The position numbers were made by a program, and so were the translations under genes. DNA of 62,243 nt from Chara braunii (lineage: Eukaryota; Plantae; Charophyceae): assembly GCA_003427395.1 (NCBI GenBank), contig BFEA01000031.1, forward strand, positions 2,836,689 to 2,898,931. The letters are read 5' to 3'. The notes under the pieces were generated by a model. The model was not told the DNA's origin. It saw only the letters and a list, made by a program, of their open reading frames with translations, and made no database searches. Of this stretch, positions 49,135 to 61,077 are shown piece by piece. Each line of letters opens with the position of its first letter. The first letter of the stretch is position 1.

Positions 49135-49855
49135 TAAATCAAAAACGTAAACGAAAGAAAATAAAAAAAAATAATGAAATGGGTGGGTTTTTTTTTTTCA
49201 CAGAGTTTTGCTTTTCCGCTAGCCGAGTGGTTAAGCAAATAGACTACTGGTAGATTTTTTTTATTATTTTTTTTTGTTACACCCAGGCCGGGCTTACACC
49301 GAGGGAGAGTCAGATGAGACGAGCCGGGGCAAGGTCCCACCTGCGCAAATTAGCAGATTTCGTCCGTTGATATTTGCTATCTACGGTCAGTATCTCATAA
49401 TTCGTGCAAGTGGGACCTAGCCCCCGAACTCGGACTTCCCTTGTCGGAATCTGGCCTAGTTTTCCCGTTAGACATCCACCGAGACCCCTTAGACGTATTG
49501 TGAGTATGCGCTAAGGGGGGGAAAGAGAAAATGATTTGATTTTTTTTTTTTTTTTTTTTGGAAAGCATGTAAATAAATATATTGCAAAAACAATGGGACT
49601 AAAGGAGATGAAAGGTGAGAAAAGGATATTCCTCGAGGAAGATCTGTGCGATAAGGATTGAAAGGTGAAGTGTCCTCCGTAGGAGAGGTTGGACTAAAGG
49701 AGATGAACAGGTTAGTTTAGTCCCCCTTGTTTGACGCAGAAGGGTCACAGTGGACGCCGGACGGAGGGACGGGGTGCAACGAACGACAGGAGCACACATC
49801 TGTCTCTCAATTCCAGGACGAACATCGGCTCTGTTTCTACTGCCCCGCACCTCTT

Positions 49856-49993
<138 letters not shown>

Positions 49994-50706
49994 TAAATTT
50001 TTGTTTGGAGTCCCTTGAGAATGCGAGACTGAAGTGCAGTATCCCTAGTGCTGGAAGTATCTCTGAGGAAGTTGACAACGACAACGAGGAGGCAGAAGAT
50101 CGTGGGCGGCAGGGGAGGGAGGAGTTGATGTAGCAGTCCGAGAGCCGTCTGCCAGGGAGCAGAGGAGAAAATTTGAAAATTTTCCTTCCTTCCAGAATGC
50201 AGAATGCCTTAGTGCGGACTGACTCGAAGAGGTGGATTTGATTAGGAGCCGCGCGGGGGACAGTGGACCTTGTCCTGCTGGCGGAGTGCTCCTCGGATTT
50301 CCTTACTAAGAAACACAGACACAACAATTGTGACCCCTGGAAGGGGGCGGAGGGGTCCAGACCCTCCTGGGGGTGGTGGTGGTGGTGGTGGTGGTGGTTG
50401 GGGGGGCGGGGGGGCGCGGGGCGGGGGCCATAGCAGATCGATCTGTAGAGTACATTGAAGAGCTCAGAGGAATAAGTACGTTGGGGGAAAAAAAAAGAAG
50501 GCTACGTTGAGGAGGTGAACGAGAAATATGAAGTCATCTTGGCGATCTGAGTGTATTCTGTGAAGACCGGATTCTGTGAGTGAGGAGCAGGAAGGACAGG
50601 TATGGGGCTAGATCTCATGTTCTCTTCCTCTTCGTTGATTGAGGGAAGACAATGAGGATGGAACCGGCTGCCGGGACCTCAAGGCATCGTCTTGTGTGAA
50701 CACAGG

Positions 50707-50748
<42 letters not shown>

Positions 50749-51036
50749 GTTCTCGCGAACAGACGTCATCATAATATTATCAAGTTAGTTGCGCTGTTTA
50801 CGATAACGACTTTCTGTCTCTCTTCTCTCTTGCTCTCTCGCTCTCACCCCCTGCCTTCCACTTCCCTTCCCCCCTCCTTCCCCCCTCTTTCCCCCCCATC
50901 CTCTCTCTCTCTCTCTCTAGTCCAATGCGTATGCGTGGAGTGTTCTCTATCTGTACAATGTATAGCCGAACGGAATACGATTAGGTGATTGCTTCGGCAT
51001 TTCCGATTGGTGCAAATCAACGATCGAGATCGTGTT

Positions 51037-51278
51037 AGTGGAAAACGGTGGAAAACGGTGGACAACGGTGGAAAACGGTGGAAAACGGTGGAAAAAGATG
51101 GACGTATACAGTTGATGATGTCACGTGATGACGATGTTTGCTCTGTCGGACTTCCCTCTTCGGAGTCGTTTTCAGATCGTGTGCCCAGGTGCTGAACCGG
51201 CTCCCACTGGTTCCACTGCTTTGCACCGCTTGCCACCGTTTTCGACCGTTTGCCACCGTTTTCCACCGCTTTCCCACT
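51037..51278. repeat. Foldback element with inverted arrays of a 10-bp unit (ggaaaacggt)
   Basis: About 5 units at 51040-51095 and the inverted caccgttttc array at 51225-51278. Confidence 0.75.
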
Positions 51279-51642
51279 GGTTCTTCTTTACAGATCTTCT
51301 TGACATGGTTTTGGAATTTGCTTTTTTTTCCCCCAAACTTTCTTTTTTTTTCCCCCTCCGTCTCGTCACAGCTTTCGTGCGTGTGTTAACTGTGCACCGC
51401 GTTTCTGCAAAATGATGACATTGTGCTTCAAATGAAAGGTAGCAGAGTTTTTTTTTTTTTCCCTTTTTTTTTTTTTGGGAAGTTAACTGAAGATCGTCTG
51501 AAGTTTGTTCCCGTGGTCCGAAGCCGATCAGTGCAATATCTGATCGAAAAGGAAAAGAGAAAAAATGAGAAGAAGTAAAGGGCTACAGCCGTAAAGGCAC
51601 TAAGGGAAACACTGTAGTGAACAACTCGCCGTTGGAACACAT

Positions 51643-51674
<32 letters not shown>

Positions 51675-52075
51675 GAGTTTGGTAGTTGGTAAAATCCTAA
51701 GTTAAAGTAGCTGGTACGTTTAAGCAAATCAGCCGCGAGATTAGAAGTTAGATTAAAAAAAAATTGTCGTTAATTGCTGTGCTAAAAAAAAATGTGGGCT
51801 GCCTATGTAGCACATAACGTAGTACACACACACTTAGTCGCATTCGCATTTTGCCATTTTGCCATTTTGCAGCGTCGGTCGGCGCTTGCTCGTTTCTGCC
51901 CGGATTTGCGTCTTTCCATTCTTCGCTGTCCAATTCTCCCTCTTCTTTTTCCTTTTCCCTTGTTTTTTTTTTCCCCCCCTTTTTTCCCTTTTTTCTTCTT
52001 TTGCTTGCTATTTCGTCGTCCCCTAGACTCGTGTCTAGTTTAGCTCTGTGTCTCTGTGTCTCTCTGTGAGTGTGT

Positions 52076-52126
<51 letters not shown>

Positions 52127-53040
52127 TGTGGGTGTGGGTGTGGGTGTGTGGGTGTGGGTGTGGGTGTGTGTGTGTATTGTCNNNNNNNNNNNNNNNNNNN
52201 NNNNNNNNNNNNNNNNNNNNNNNNNNNNNNNNNNNNNNNNNNNNNNNNNNNNNNNNNNNNNNNNNNNNNNNNNNNNNNNNNNNNNNNNNNNNNNNNNNNN
52301 NNNNNNNNNNNNNNNNNNNNNNNNNNNNNNNNNNNNNNNNNNNNNNNNNNNNNNNNNNNNNNNNNNNNNNNNNNNNNNNNNNNNNNNNNNNNNNNNNNNN
52401 NNNNNNNNNNNNNNNNNNNNNNNNNNNNNNNNNNNNNNNNNNNNNNNNNNNNNNNNNNNNNNNNNNNNNNNNNNNNNNNNNNNNNNNNNNNNNNNNNNNN
52501 NNNNNNNNNNNNNNNNNNNNNNNNNNNNNNNNNNNNNNNNNNNNNNNNNNNNNNNNNNNNNNNNNNNNNNNNNNNNNNNNNNNNNNNNNNNNNNNNNNNN
52601 NNNNNNNNNNNNNNNNNNNNNNNNNNNNNNNNNNNNNNNNNNNNNNNNNNNNNNNNNNNNNNNNNNNNNNNNNNNNNNNNNNNNNNNNNNNNNNNNNNNN
52701 NNNNNNNNNNNNNNNNNNNNNNNNNNNNNNNNNNNNNNNNNNNNNNNNNNNNNNNNNNNNNNNNNNNNNNNNNNNNNNNNNNNNNNNNNNNNNNNNNNNN
52801 NNNNNNNNNNNNNNNNNNNNNNNNNNNNNNNNNNNNNNNNNNNNNNNNNNNNNNNNNNNNNNNNNNNNNNNNNNNNNNNNNNNNNNNNNNNNNNNNNNNN
52901 NNNNNNNNNNNNNNNNNNNNNNNNNNNNNNNNNNNNNNNNNNNNNNNNNNNNNNNNNNNNNNNNNNNNNNNNNNNNNNNNNNNNNNNNNNNNNNNNNNNN
53001 NNNNNNNNNNNNNNNNNNNNNNNNNNNNNNNNNNNNNNNN

Positions 53041-53113
<73 letters not shown>

Positions 53114-53496
53114 CTGAGAAGAATTACGCTTTTAGGATAATTTCCTGCTGATTAGAACAATGGATCCTTGGTGCTTCCGGTTGTTAACGAAGATAGTCAC
53201 CGTCCATTCGTCCGCTAGCATCATCATCAATGGAAACCAATGGCCGCAGAAAGTCGCGCGGCTCCTGCATGTCTGACCGTTGCGTGTTCCTCGCACTCGA
53301 ATTTTTACCTCTTCACTCTTTTTTTTTTGTTTTGTTTTTGTTTCCACTCGATTTCTCTGGAGGACCGAATATTGAAAGTCTGAGCCAAAAAAATGAAAAA
53401 AATGTGAAAAAAATAGAATTTGGTATTGCACAAGGGATATACAGCAATCCTCTGTTGCCCTCCGAGGGCCTACCTCTGTGAACTCGTCTCTCCGCC

Positions 53497-53528
<32 letters not shown>

Positions 53529-54012
53529 GGCGCGTTCTAATGGTGCATATAGATCCTGCACCAGACTGAGTCATCGTTAGGGTGTACTCAGACTAGTAGG
53601 CGTTTTCAGCATGCATCTGGCCTAATTTGTGACCAGAATTAGTCTCAAAAGTCTCAGGGCGACTATATTAGGCTCTTCTCAGTTACTCCGAAGTACCTCA
53701 AAAACATCTTGGTCCAGACAGAGGTACTTTTCAGTTTGCTTTTTTTTTTGTTTTTATTTTTATTTTTCTTTTTTTCTTTTCGATTTTAGCATTTCCATCT
53801 AACGTTTTATTTTTTTGCTCTCGAAGATCCACCTTCCTTTTTTAAGAAGTTAAGTTTTTTTCTGACGTCAACGGTCACCCTTCTGTTTTTTTTTTTTTTT
53901 TTTCCCGATTGACCACGGATCAGATATTAATGTGCACCGTTTGGCAAGCTATTCTTTTTTTTTCTTTTTTAATTATTATTATTGTTATTGTTGCTGAGCA
54001 ATCTCCGTATAT

Positions 54013-54127
54013 GGGCCTAGGTAGTTGTCCCACTCGCCATCCGCCAAGATTTTGAGTGCATCTGGATGTGCCCATGGTCTAGGTTCTTTCAAAATCTTGG
54101 CGGATGACGTGTGCTGCAACTAGGCCC
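54013..54127. mobile_element. MITE (Harbinger-like), 115 bp
   Basis: gggcctag..catccgccaagattttga / tcaaaatcttggcggatg..ctaggccc; TAT TSD. Confidence 0.75.
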
Positions 54128-54536
54128 TATGTGCTCTGTTTTGCTTCCCGTCATTTGTCGTACATCTAGTCGCCTTGATTCTAAGATGATTTTTTTTTTT
54201 TTTTGTTCTTTGTTGGGTTAATCGGAGAAATCGCTACGACATATTCGTGACAAGCAGCCCGTGCTCAGTCTAGACGAATCAATCCTCAGAGGAGTGAATA
54301 TACTTAACTCAAAATTAATTAGTCGTGGATTTCTCCTGCGTCTCCCTTTTTTTTTTTATTTTTTTTTTTAAGATCGTATCTTTCACACAATTAAATGGTA
54401 TTTCTGCTGCCTTTGACTCTCTCCTTTCCTTTTGTGAATTTCTGTGCGAATCAGATCTTCGTTAAGCCCCCCCCGTCTTCCCCCCTTAATCTTCCTCCGA
54501 TCGGTTGTCAACATCTGGTAATCTCCCACAACTGTA

Positions 54537-55005
54537 GAGCACACTCACACTAGCAAAATCTTAAATGTATCTGACCGTAATTACAGCCCTCTACTTGGAT
54601 GTATCTGACCGCAACTACGTGCATAAATAAGTGCAAAAGTCCTAGTGCGAGAATGTGCCCTTAATCTTCTTCCGATCGATCGGAAAAGATTGAAAATGAA
54701 GAAAATTTCGGAGGTGATCTTAAGTGTATCTGACCGTAATTATAGCTCTACTTGAATGTATCTGACCGCAATTACGTGCATAAATAAGTGTAAAAGTCCT
54801 AGTGCGAGAATGTGTCCTTAATCTTCTTCCGATCGATCGGAAAAGATTGAAAATGAACAAAATTTCGGAGGTAATCTTAAATGTATCTGACCGTACTTAC
54901 AGCCCTATTTGGATGTATCTGACCGCAATTACGTGCATAAATAAGTGTAAAAGTCCTAGTGTTCCGATCGATCGGAAAAGATTGAAATTGAACAAAATTT
55001 CGGAG
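54537..55005. repeat. About 160-bp tandem repeat x3 derived from a MITE
   Basis: Units share tgtatctgaccgtaatta..tgtatctgaccgcaa with the MITE at 4532-4654. Confidence 0.8.
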
Positions 55006-55160
55006 GAGGAGGGGGGGAGGAGGATTGAATTGTGCCCCACCGAAAATCCTAAACCTCCTTCCTACTTTCCGTCTATTGTGCATTCGTCAAATTTTATGAT
55101 TTATTTAATGTTTTTAATTTTAATGTATGTATGTATGTATATGACTCTATTCTTTTTCCG

Positions 55161-55269
55161 GTCCTCACAAAGACATCGCAGGCGTTGAAATTGGAACGAT
55201 ACAGAGACGATTAATTGATTTTCTATAATTAACTCTAGTATATGGAATTGCGCAGGGCCGCCTGCGCAA
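55161..55269 (+). pseudogene. U6: Rearranged U6 snRNA copy
   Basis: gtcct..gacatc..aaattggaacgatacagagacgatta, then an AT-rich insert and atgg..ttgcgcagg-gccg-cctgcgcaa. Confidence 0.7.
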
Positions 55270-55566
55270 CTATCACCATAAGACCAATGAGCCCACGGTG
55301 ACCTCAGTTGGTACTCCCACGAGTTGGTACAGACTCAAGTTGGGATCCAGATACATTTAGATGCCCAGAATAACATAAATGATTCTGAATTACTTGGGGC
55401 CGGTCAGCTTCAAAAATGATATCTTTCTCAAGCTCCTTGTATTCGAATTCAACGCATGAGGACAGTGATGTACTCTAAAGTGGGGGGAGGAGGGGGGAGG
55501 GGGGGAAGGGGGGAAGGTGGGGAAGGGGGAAGGGCCAGTTTCTTCCTCGTTTACCGGAGCAGAATG

Positions 55567-55800
55567 ACTACCCATCTTCCCCCCCCCCCCCCCCGAATAT
55601 AACGTATATGCGTTGTAAACGAATAGACTCCATAGGGTTGCGTTCTATGTGAATACGAGGCATGTGCGTTCTATTCGAACAGCTCCTTGTTTTCGAATTT
55701 CAACGCATATTATACGTTGTATTCGAATTTTCGGATTTTCGGAAGTTTCGAAAACTCGAATACAACTCATATGCGTTATGTTCGGGGAGAGACGGATAGT
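55567..55800. mobile_element. MITE-like inverted-repeat element (possibly Stowaway-like)
   Basis: ccccgaatataacgtatatgcgttgta / tacaactcatatgcgttatgttcgggg, extending outward to actacccatct / agacggatagt. Confidence 0.55.
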
Positions 55801-55884
55801 AGGCGGCAAGGGTGGGATCGGAAGCCATAACTCGTCTATATGTATATATATATATATATTCTTTGCGATGTACTTCGGTTTTTT

Positions 55885-55916
<32 letters not shown>

Positions 55917-56545
55917 ACTCTATTTTGGAGTGAGACTAAAATTCGAGATCATGCACACATATATGTACCGTGCGTTTTTTTTTTTGTTTTTTTTTGGAAA
56001 AGGGATCGACATTTATTGACACCAACGCCGGGAACCGATCCCGGCGTCTCTCATGTGTTGCATGTTAAGGTCAGACTCGAGCCCGTAGTAAAAGATGAAA
56101 AAAAAACAAAACAAAAAAAAACAAAACAAAAAGACTCGTGCTGACTCGGCGTCTTCCACATAAAAGGATGAGAGACGAGACGAATAGAGAAATGAGCGTT
56201 TGTCCTCTCGTCCTTCAATCTTCGTCCCTTCGCTCTGAACTCCTTCTGTGTTTTTTTGTTTTTTGTTTTTTTTTTGGTCCTCGCGTCCTTCAATCTTCGT
56301 CCCTTCCCTCTGAACTTTTTTTTTTTTTTTTTTTTTTGTTCCCGTGTGGTCCGATGGACCTGATCAGATCTAAGCCAAAAGGCCGAGAAAGGTTCGCTCC
56401 GAGCTTTTAGACCGGCACGAGTTTCGGAGCTCAAACAGTTCTTTTTTTTTCTTTTTTTTTTAATGCCTTAAAAAAATGCTCATTACTCGTTCTTCCTTCA
56501 TCAGTTTTGTCGGCGGTCCAGCACCGACCGTTTGCGTTCTTTTTA

Positions 56546-56683
56546 TAAAAACAAATTGGATCATTTCTCGATTTATGCGTGTCATCCTTGCGCAGGGGCC
56601 ATGCTAATCTTCTGTATCAAAAAAAAAAAAAAAAAAAAAATCTTCTCTGTATCGTTCCAATTTTAACGGATGTCCCGAAGGAC
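56546..56683 (-). pseudogene. U6: Full-length U6 snRNA retrocopy with a 15-bp TSD, interrupted by a poly(A) insertion
   Basis: Complete plant-type U6 with 3' U-tract; TSD gaccgtttgcgttct at 56526-56540 and 56687-56701; A23 flanked by tcttc(tc)tgtatc. Confidence 0.93.
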
Positions 56684-57014
56684 AAGGACCGTTTGCGTTC
56701 TAGATTGCGAAAATTTTAGTGAAATCACTCAAATCCTCCTAATCAATCAAGCAGTAGTAGTAGCTAAAAAAGCACCACAAATTCTATTAAAAAAAGAGAA
56801 AGTAGCAATGTGATTGGGTCCGTTTTCCTTTTGCCGTTTTTTTTTTTGTTTGTTTCCCCATCGTTTGTTCGTCTTACCTGGCCCCAGATATGTCCGAGCA
56901 GATGTCCCGAATCTGTTATTACTGTTTTTTTTTTTCTTGTTGTTGTTCTCCTTTTCCTTGTTATGACTATGTTTCTATGCTTGGATGTTTAGCGATTGGC
57001 CTTGCTTGATATTC

Positions 57015-57300
57015 TCTCAATTCAATTTTCGTTTCGCAATTCAATTCTCAATCAATTCTCAGTTCTCAATTTTCCATTCAATTCTCAATCAATCAATTTT
57101 CAGTTCTCAATTTTCCATTCAATTCTCAATCAATTTTCAGTTCTCAATTTTCCATTCAATTCTCAATCAATTTTCAGTTCTCAATTTTCGATTCAATTCT
57201 CAATCAATTTTCAGTTCTCAATGTTCCATTCAATTCTCAATCAATCAATTTTCAGTTCTCAATGTTCCATTCGATTCTCAATCAATTTTCAATTCTCATT
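57015..57300. repeat. 37-41-bp minisatellite, about 7 copies, probably intronic
   Basis: tcaattctcaatcaattttcagttctcaattttccat units. Confidence 0.9.
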
Positions 57301-57376
57301 TCAAATCTCGATTCTTCTCCTGCTGCTTTGTCTGGTGTGTGTGCAGAACCTTCTCTGCTCCCAGGAGGAAGGAGGG

Positions 57377-58937
57377 ATGGGCAAACGGACGGGGGTTTTC
57401 AAGGTGGGAGGAGGGAGGCATCAGAAGGGAGGCGGTGTCGATGATCATCATGACGATGGTTGTGCCAATCAACGCAAGGGAGAGGGTGAGCTGCCACGTG
57501 GCAGTTCTCGGGGTTGGCTAAAGTGGACCGATGCCACTGGTTCGAATAGAACAACGAGTGCTGCTGCTGCTGCGGCGGCGGCGGCGGAGTGTGCAAGTGG
57601 CAGCTCTGCCGGCCGATCCCACGAAACTGACGATGCTTGTGTAATTCTAACGGCTTCGGAAATTCTGCCACGTGGCAGCTCTACAACCGGTCGATCGCAC
57701 GAAGCTGGCGACACTACCGGTAGTGTAACTCTAACGGCTTCGGAAAATCCGACACGTGGCAGTCCTTTAGGTAGCTTTCTGAAAGTAACTGCGAGCAACG
57801 TTGCAGCTGTCCATCGGACGGCGGAGAATTCTCCACGTAGCGATCGAACTACTACGCTGGTCTCGATCGATCCCGCATGTCCTATGAGGACGCCTGCCGC
57901 CGGCTATGCTAATCGAGCGGCGTACGAGCCTCCTTATGCTGGCGGTAGTTGTCCACCTGCTGCCTCGGAGGAGGAGGAGGAGGAGGAGGAGGAGTCTGCA
58001 CTTGGCAGCTCCGCTGGCAGATCCAATGGAAATGGTAATGCTGGGCCCAAGCGCGCCGCCTCCTTGGCACATCCGCCGCCACGTGGTGGTCCCGGCTCAG
58101 GCAGGTGTCTAAGAGTTGCTGTGCTTCCTGCTGGTGGCACTAGTAGTGGCGGCGTCAATCGGACGGCGGAGGCGGAGGCGGAGGCGGCGGCGGCAGAGAA
58201 TCCGCCACGTGGTGGTCCCGGCTGTCTGAAACGAACGGCTGCCACCGCCACCGACCGCGATGGCGGCAGCGGGGGTGTGAATCGAGCGGCGGAGAATTCG
58301 CCACGTGGCGGTTCAGCAGGATGTCTCAAGAGAACAGGTGCCGCCGATGCTAATCGAACGGCGGAAGATCCTCTGTGTGGTGGTGGTTCCGGCTGTCTCA
58401 CAGGAACAGGTACCGCCGACCCAGATCGAGCGGTGGAGAGTCAGACACGTGGCGCTCCAGGAGGAGGATGTCTACATGGAGCCGCTCGAGGTCGTCAATC
58501 TACGACCGTCGAGCCGGGCGGCGTCGCCGACGGGTCGCCACATCCACCACATCCTTGTGCTCCTGCTGCTGCTGTGGCAATTCAGAAGCAAAACCACTAC
58601 AACTTGCGGCAACAAGAGGCGCATCATCGGCACAACTTGCAGCTGAGTAAGACATACGCGCCGGTTCTGAGTAGGATATGGGCGGGGTGGCTTTCGAGGT
58701 TTCTATGTAGGGCGAAGGAGAGGAGCGACAGAAACCGCCACGTGCACATGGGAGAAGGGTGCATGGCAGGGAAAGGTTCGGGGGTCTTGCCGGATTTCGC
58801 TGAGGCCGCTCGATGCTTTGGCCAGGCGTCGCGTCAGGGGGACCCCACAGGTCACTTTTGGATGGGATGGCTCCACGAGGAAGGAAAAGGCGTCGAGAAG
58901 GATTTTTCAAAGGCCGTCAAGTTCTACAAGAAGGCAG
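57377..58937 (+). CDS. SEL1-like repeat protein, coding exon with a repetitive low-complexity N-terminus (gene continues downstream)
   Basis: Acceptor tgcag at 57346, ATG at 57377, donor AG/GTAAGC at 58938. SEL1 repeats ..DFAEAARCFGQASRQGDPTGHFWMGWLHEEGKGVEKDFSKAVKFYKKA. Confidence 0.8.
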
Positions 58938-59097
58938 GTAAGCAAGCGATCGATCTCTCGATCTCTTATCTCTTGCTCTCGGTTTTATTATGTCTCTGAC
59001 CTTCGCCGATTTACACGTGGCTTTTGTCTATGTATCCACAACGCGGCCTACCTTCAAGAATCCAAACCAGCTCTCTCTCTCTCCTCCCCCTCCCCCC

Positions 59098-59134
<37 letters not shown>

Positions 59135-59228
59135 TTCCTCATGAGTCGGTGACAGTCCGAGGAAAAACTCCGGGACAGTCATGCTATTTTGTGTGCTTTT
59201 TTGTGGAGTCGTGTATAGCGAACATGAC

Positions 59229-59271
<43 letters not shown>

Positions 59272-59343
59272 CCTCCTGATGAGTCGGTGAAAGTCCGACG
59301 AAACAGTGTGGCACACTGATGCTTTCTTGTGTTGTATATAACG

Positions 59344-59384
<41 letters not shown>

Positions 59385-59480
59385 ACAAACAGAGAGCTGA
59401 CCTCCTGATGACCGACGAAACAGTCTGGCACAGTCATGCTTTTTTTGAGTTTATAGCGAATATGGCAACACACACACACA
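59135..59480 (+). mobile_element. Three tandem units of about 130 bp, each with a hammerhead motif, separated by (CA)n (Penelope-like pLTR or retrozyme-like)
   Basis: Cores at 59138 (CTCATGA variant), 59276 (intact core) and 59405 (stem II deleted). Confidence 0.75.
59276..59304 (+). ncRNA. Hammerhead ribozyme core
   Basis: CTGATGA-GTCGG-TGAAAGT-CCGAC-GAAAC. Confidence 0.7.
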
Positions 59481-59627
59481 TACACAGAGCTGGGTACATC
59501 TCAGAGATACTGTCAAAGCCTGTTGAACTCGGAAAGAACCTGGTCCACTTAATCTATTTTAATCTTTGTCAATCTATAGATTCGTTTATCTGAATATCTG
59601 TTGAGAACCATCAAAGATAGTAGTTGT

Positions 59628-59720
59628 CCCGGTTTCCAGCACAAGCTGAAGCCGGGTAATGGCCCAGTAACCCGGGTACAATTGTGAGGTCCTTTTTATA
59701 AAAAGGAAAAAAACAGAAAG
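59628..59720 (+). mobile_element. 93-bp retroinsertion made of the structured module plus an A-rich tail
   Basis: Perfect 14-bp TSD aagatagtagttgt at 59614-59627 and 59721-59734. Confidence 0.85.
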
Positions 59721-60612
59721 AAGATAGTAGTTGTGAATCTTTGCACATAACATGTAGATTGATGCGAGGGCCAGCAGCTGGGCTTAACTCCAGATGCGGG
59801 GGAGAAGATACAAATTTCTTTTTTTTCTTTTTCTTTTTCTTTTTCTTTTTCTTTTTCTTTTTCTTTTTCTTTTTCTCACCACTACTAGTTCTCCCGGGGA
59901 GGCTCCATCCATCTCTTGGTGGGGGGACCAGCACCTGCGGGAAAGCCAGTCCAGCGTCCCTCGACATTGCAGATGTTTGTTTGAATACACATGTAATTGT
60001 ACTGATAGGAAACTGCAGGACTCACCCATAAGTAGAGGAATTTGGCTGGTGGAGCTACACTGCTGCCTGAGTCTCTTGCCTACTCGATATCCTTAGGGTA
60101 AGCGATAGTATACACTGATCTCATGGCTGTTTCATGGCTGTTTCAGGGAATGTTTCAGGGAATGTTGGATTCAGATCCTCTTTTTTTTTTGCTTTTTTTT
60201 TTGTAAGTGATCATGTACGACTTGTAGTAGTAAGATACAAATGTATCAATCATCACAACAACATACGTTCTCCACGTTAAGGCCAGGAGAGTCATAGGCA
60301 CTGCTCGTCAGCGAGGGATTCCCTGGACACTCCCACGTGGTAAATCGCCAGCTTCACAACTTTTAAGGAAAATATAAGGGACAGAACAAGGTTAAAGAGA
60401 AGAAACCACAACAGCTGATATCCTTTCACCTATAGAGGCCCCACTCGTCCGCCCTCCCAGGTATCTTTCTTTGCTTTTGTTGTTGTTGGGGTACAAATTG
60501 GTTGTTTGTTCTTGGTTGTCGCTGATATTGGGGCGTGTGAGTGTTGGCGGGGGGGTGGGGGTTGCGTGTATGCGTGTCAGAACACGGTTTCATCCTGCAA
60601 AACTAAACCACC

Positions 60613-61077
60613 AATCCAGCGGCCTAGCTCAATTGGTTAGGCATGCAAGTGGCATTCAGGAGGTCGTGAGCTCAATCCCCATGGCCGCCTGGGTGCCCTT
60701 GGTGCCAACCATCTGAGATAGACAGCTGCATCCTTGCAGACGGTATTAGTAGGGTCTTCAGCCAACATGGGTGTGAGTTCGAGTGTGAGTGGGTTGCGTG
60801 TGGTGTGTCAGAGAGTGTTGGCCTTAGACACTGCTGTTACTCGATTGGGGTGGGGGAAGCTGAAAAGGAAGGCACAGCTACTGGCAAATGCTTGGTCCTT
60901 GTGTTAGCCGGGCCCCCACCGGCGGCCCCAACCCTGCACCCTGAACCCTGAACCACTAGGGCAAGGGTCAAACATGCAATTACCTCCCTCCACCGAGAGA
61001 GGTAACCTCCCTTCACCAAGAGAGGTAGATCACTATGATTGCAGGGGTACCCTGTATAGCCTTCGGAGTAGTGGTAC
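60613..61077 (+). mobile_element. tRNA-head SINE with a different body; headless copy at about 61531-61881
   Basis: ggcctagctcaattggttag..ggaggtcgtgagctcaatccc head; 60742-61077 is repeated at 61531-61881. Confidence 0.65.

Noticed and set aside
56607-56653. Spliceosomal intron in U6, as in some fungi, or a functional U6 gene
   Set aside because: The insert is a T-run plus duplicated target with no GT-AG or branch point; a TSD replaces the upstream USE/TATA promoter.
56996-57376. N-terminal extension of the 667-aa ORF
   Set aside because: It is a stop-free minisatellite, mostly upstream of the splice acceptor at 57346.
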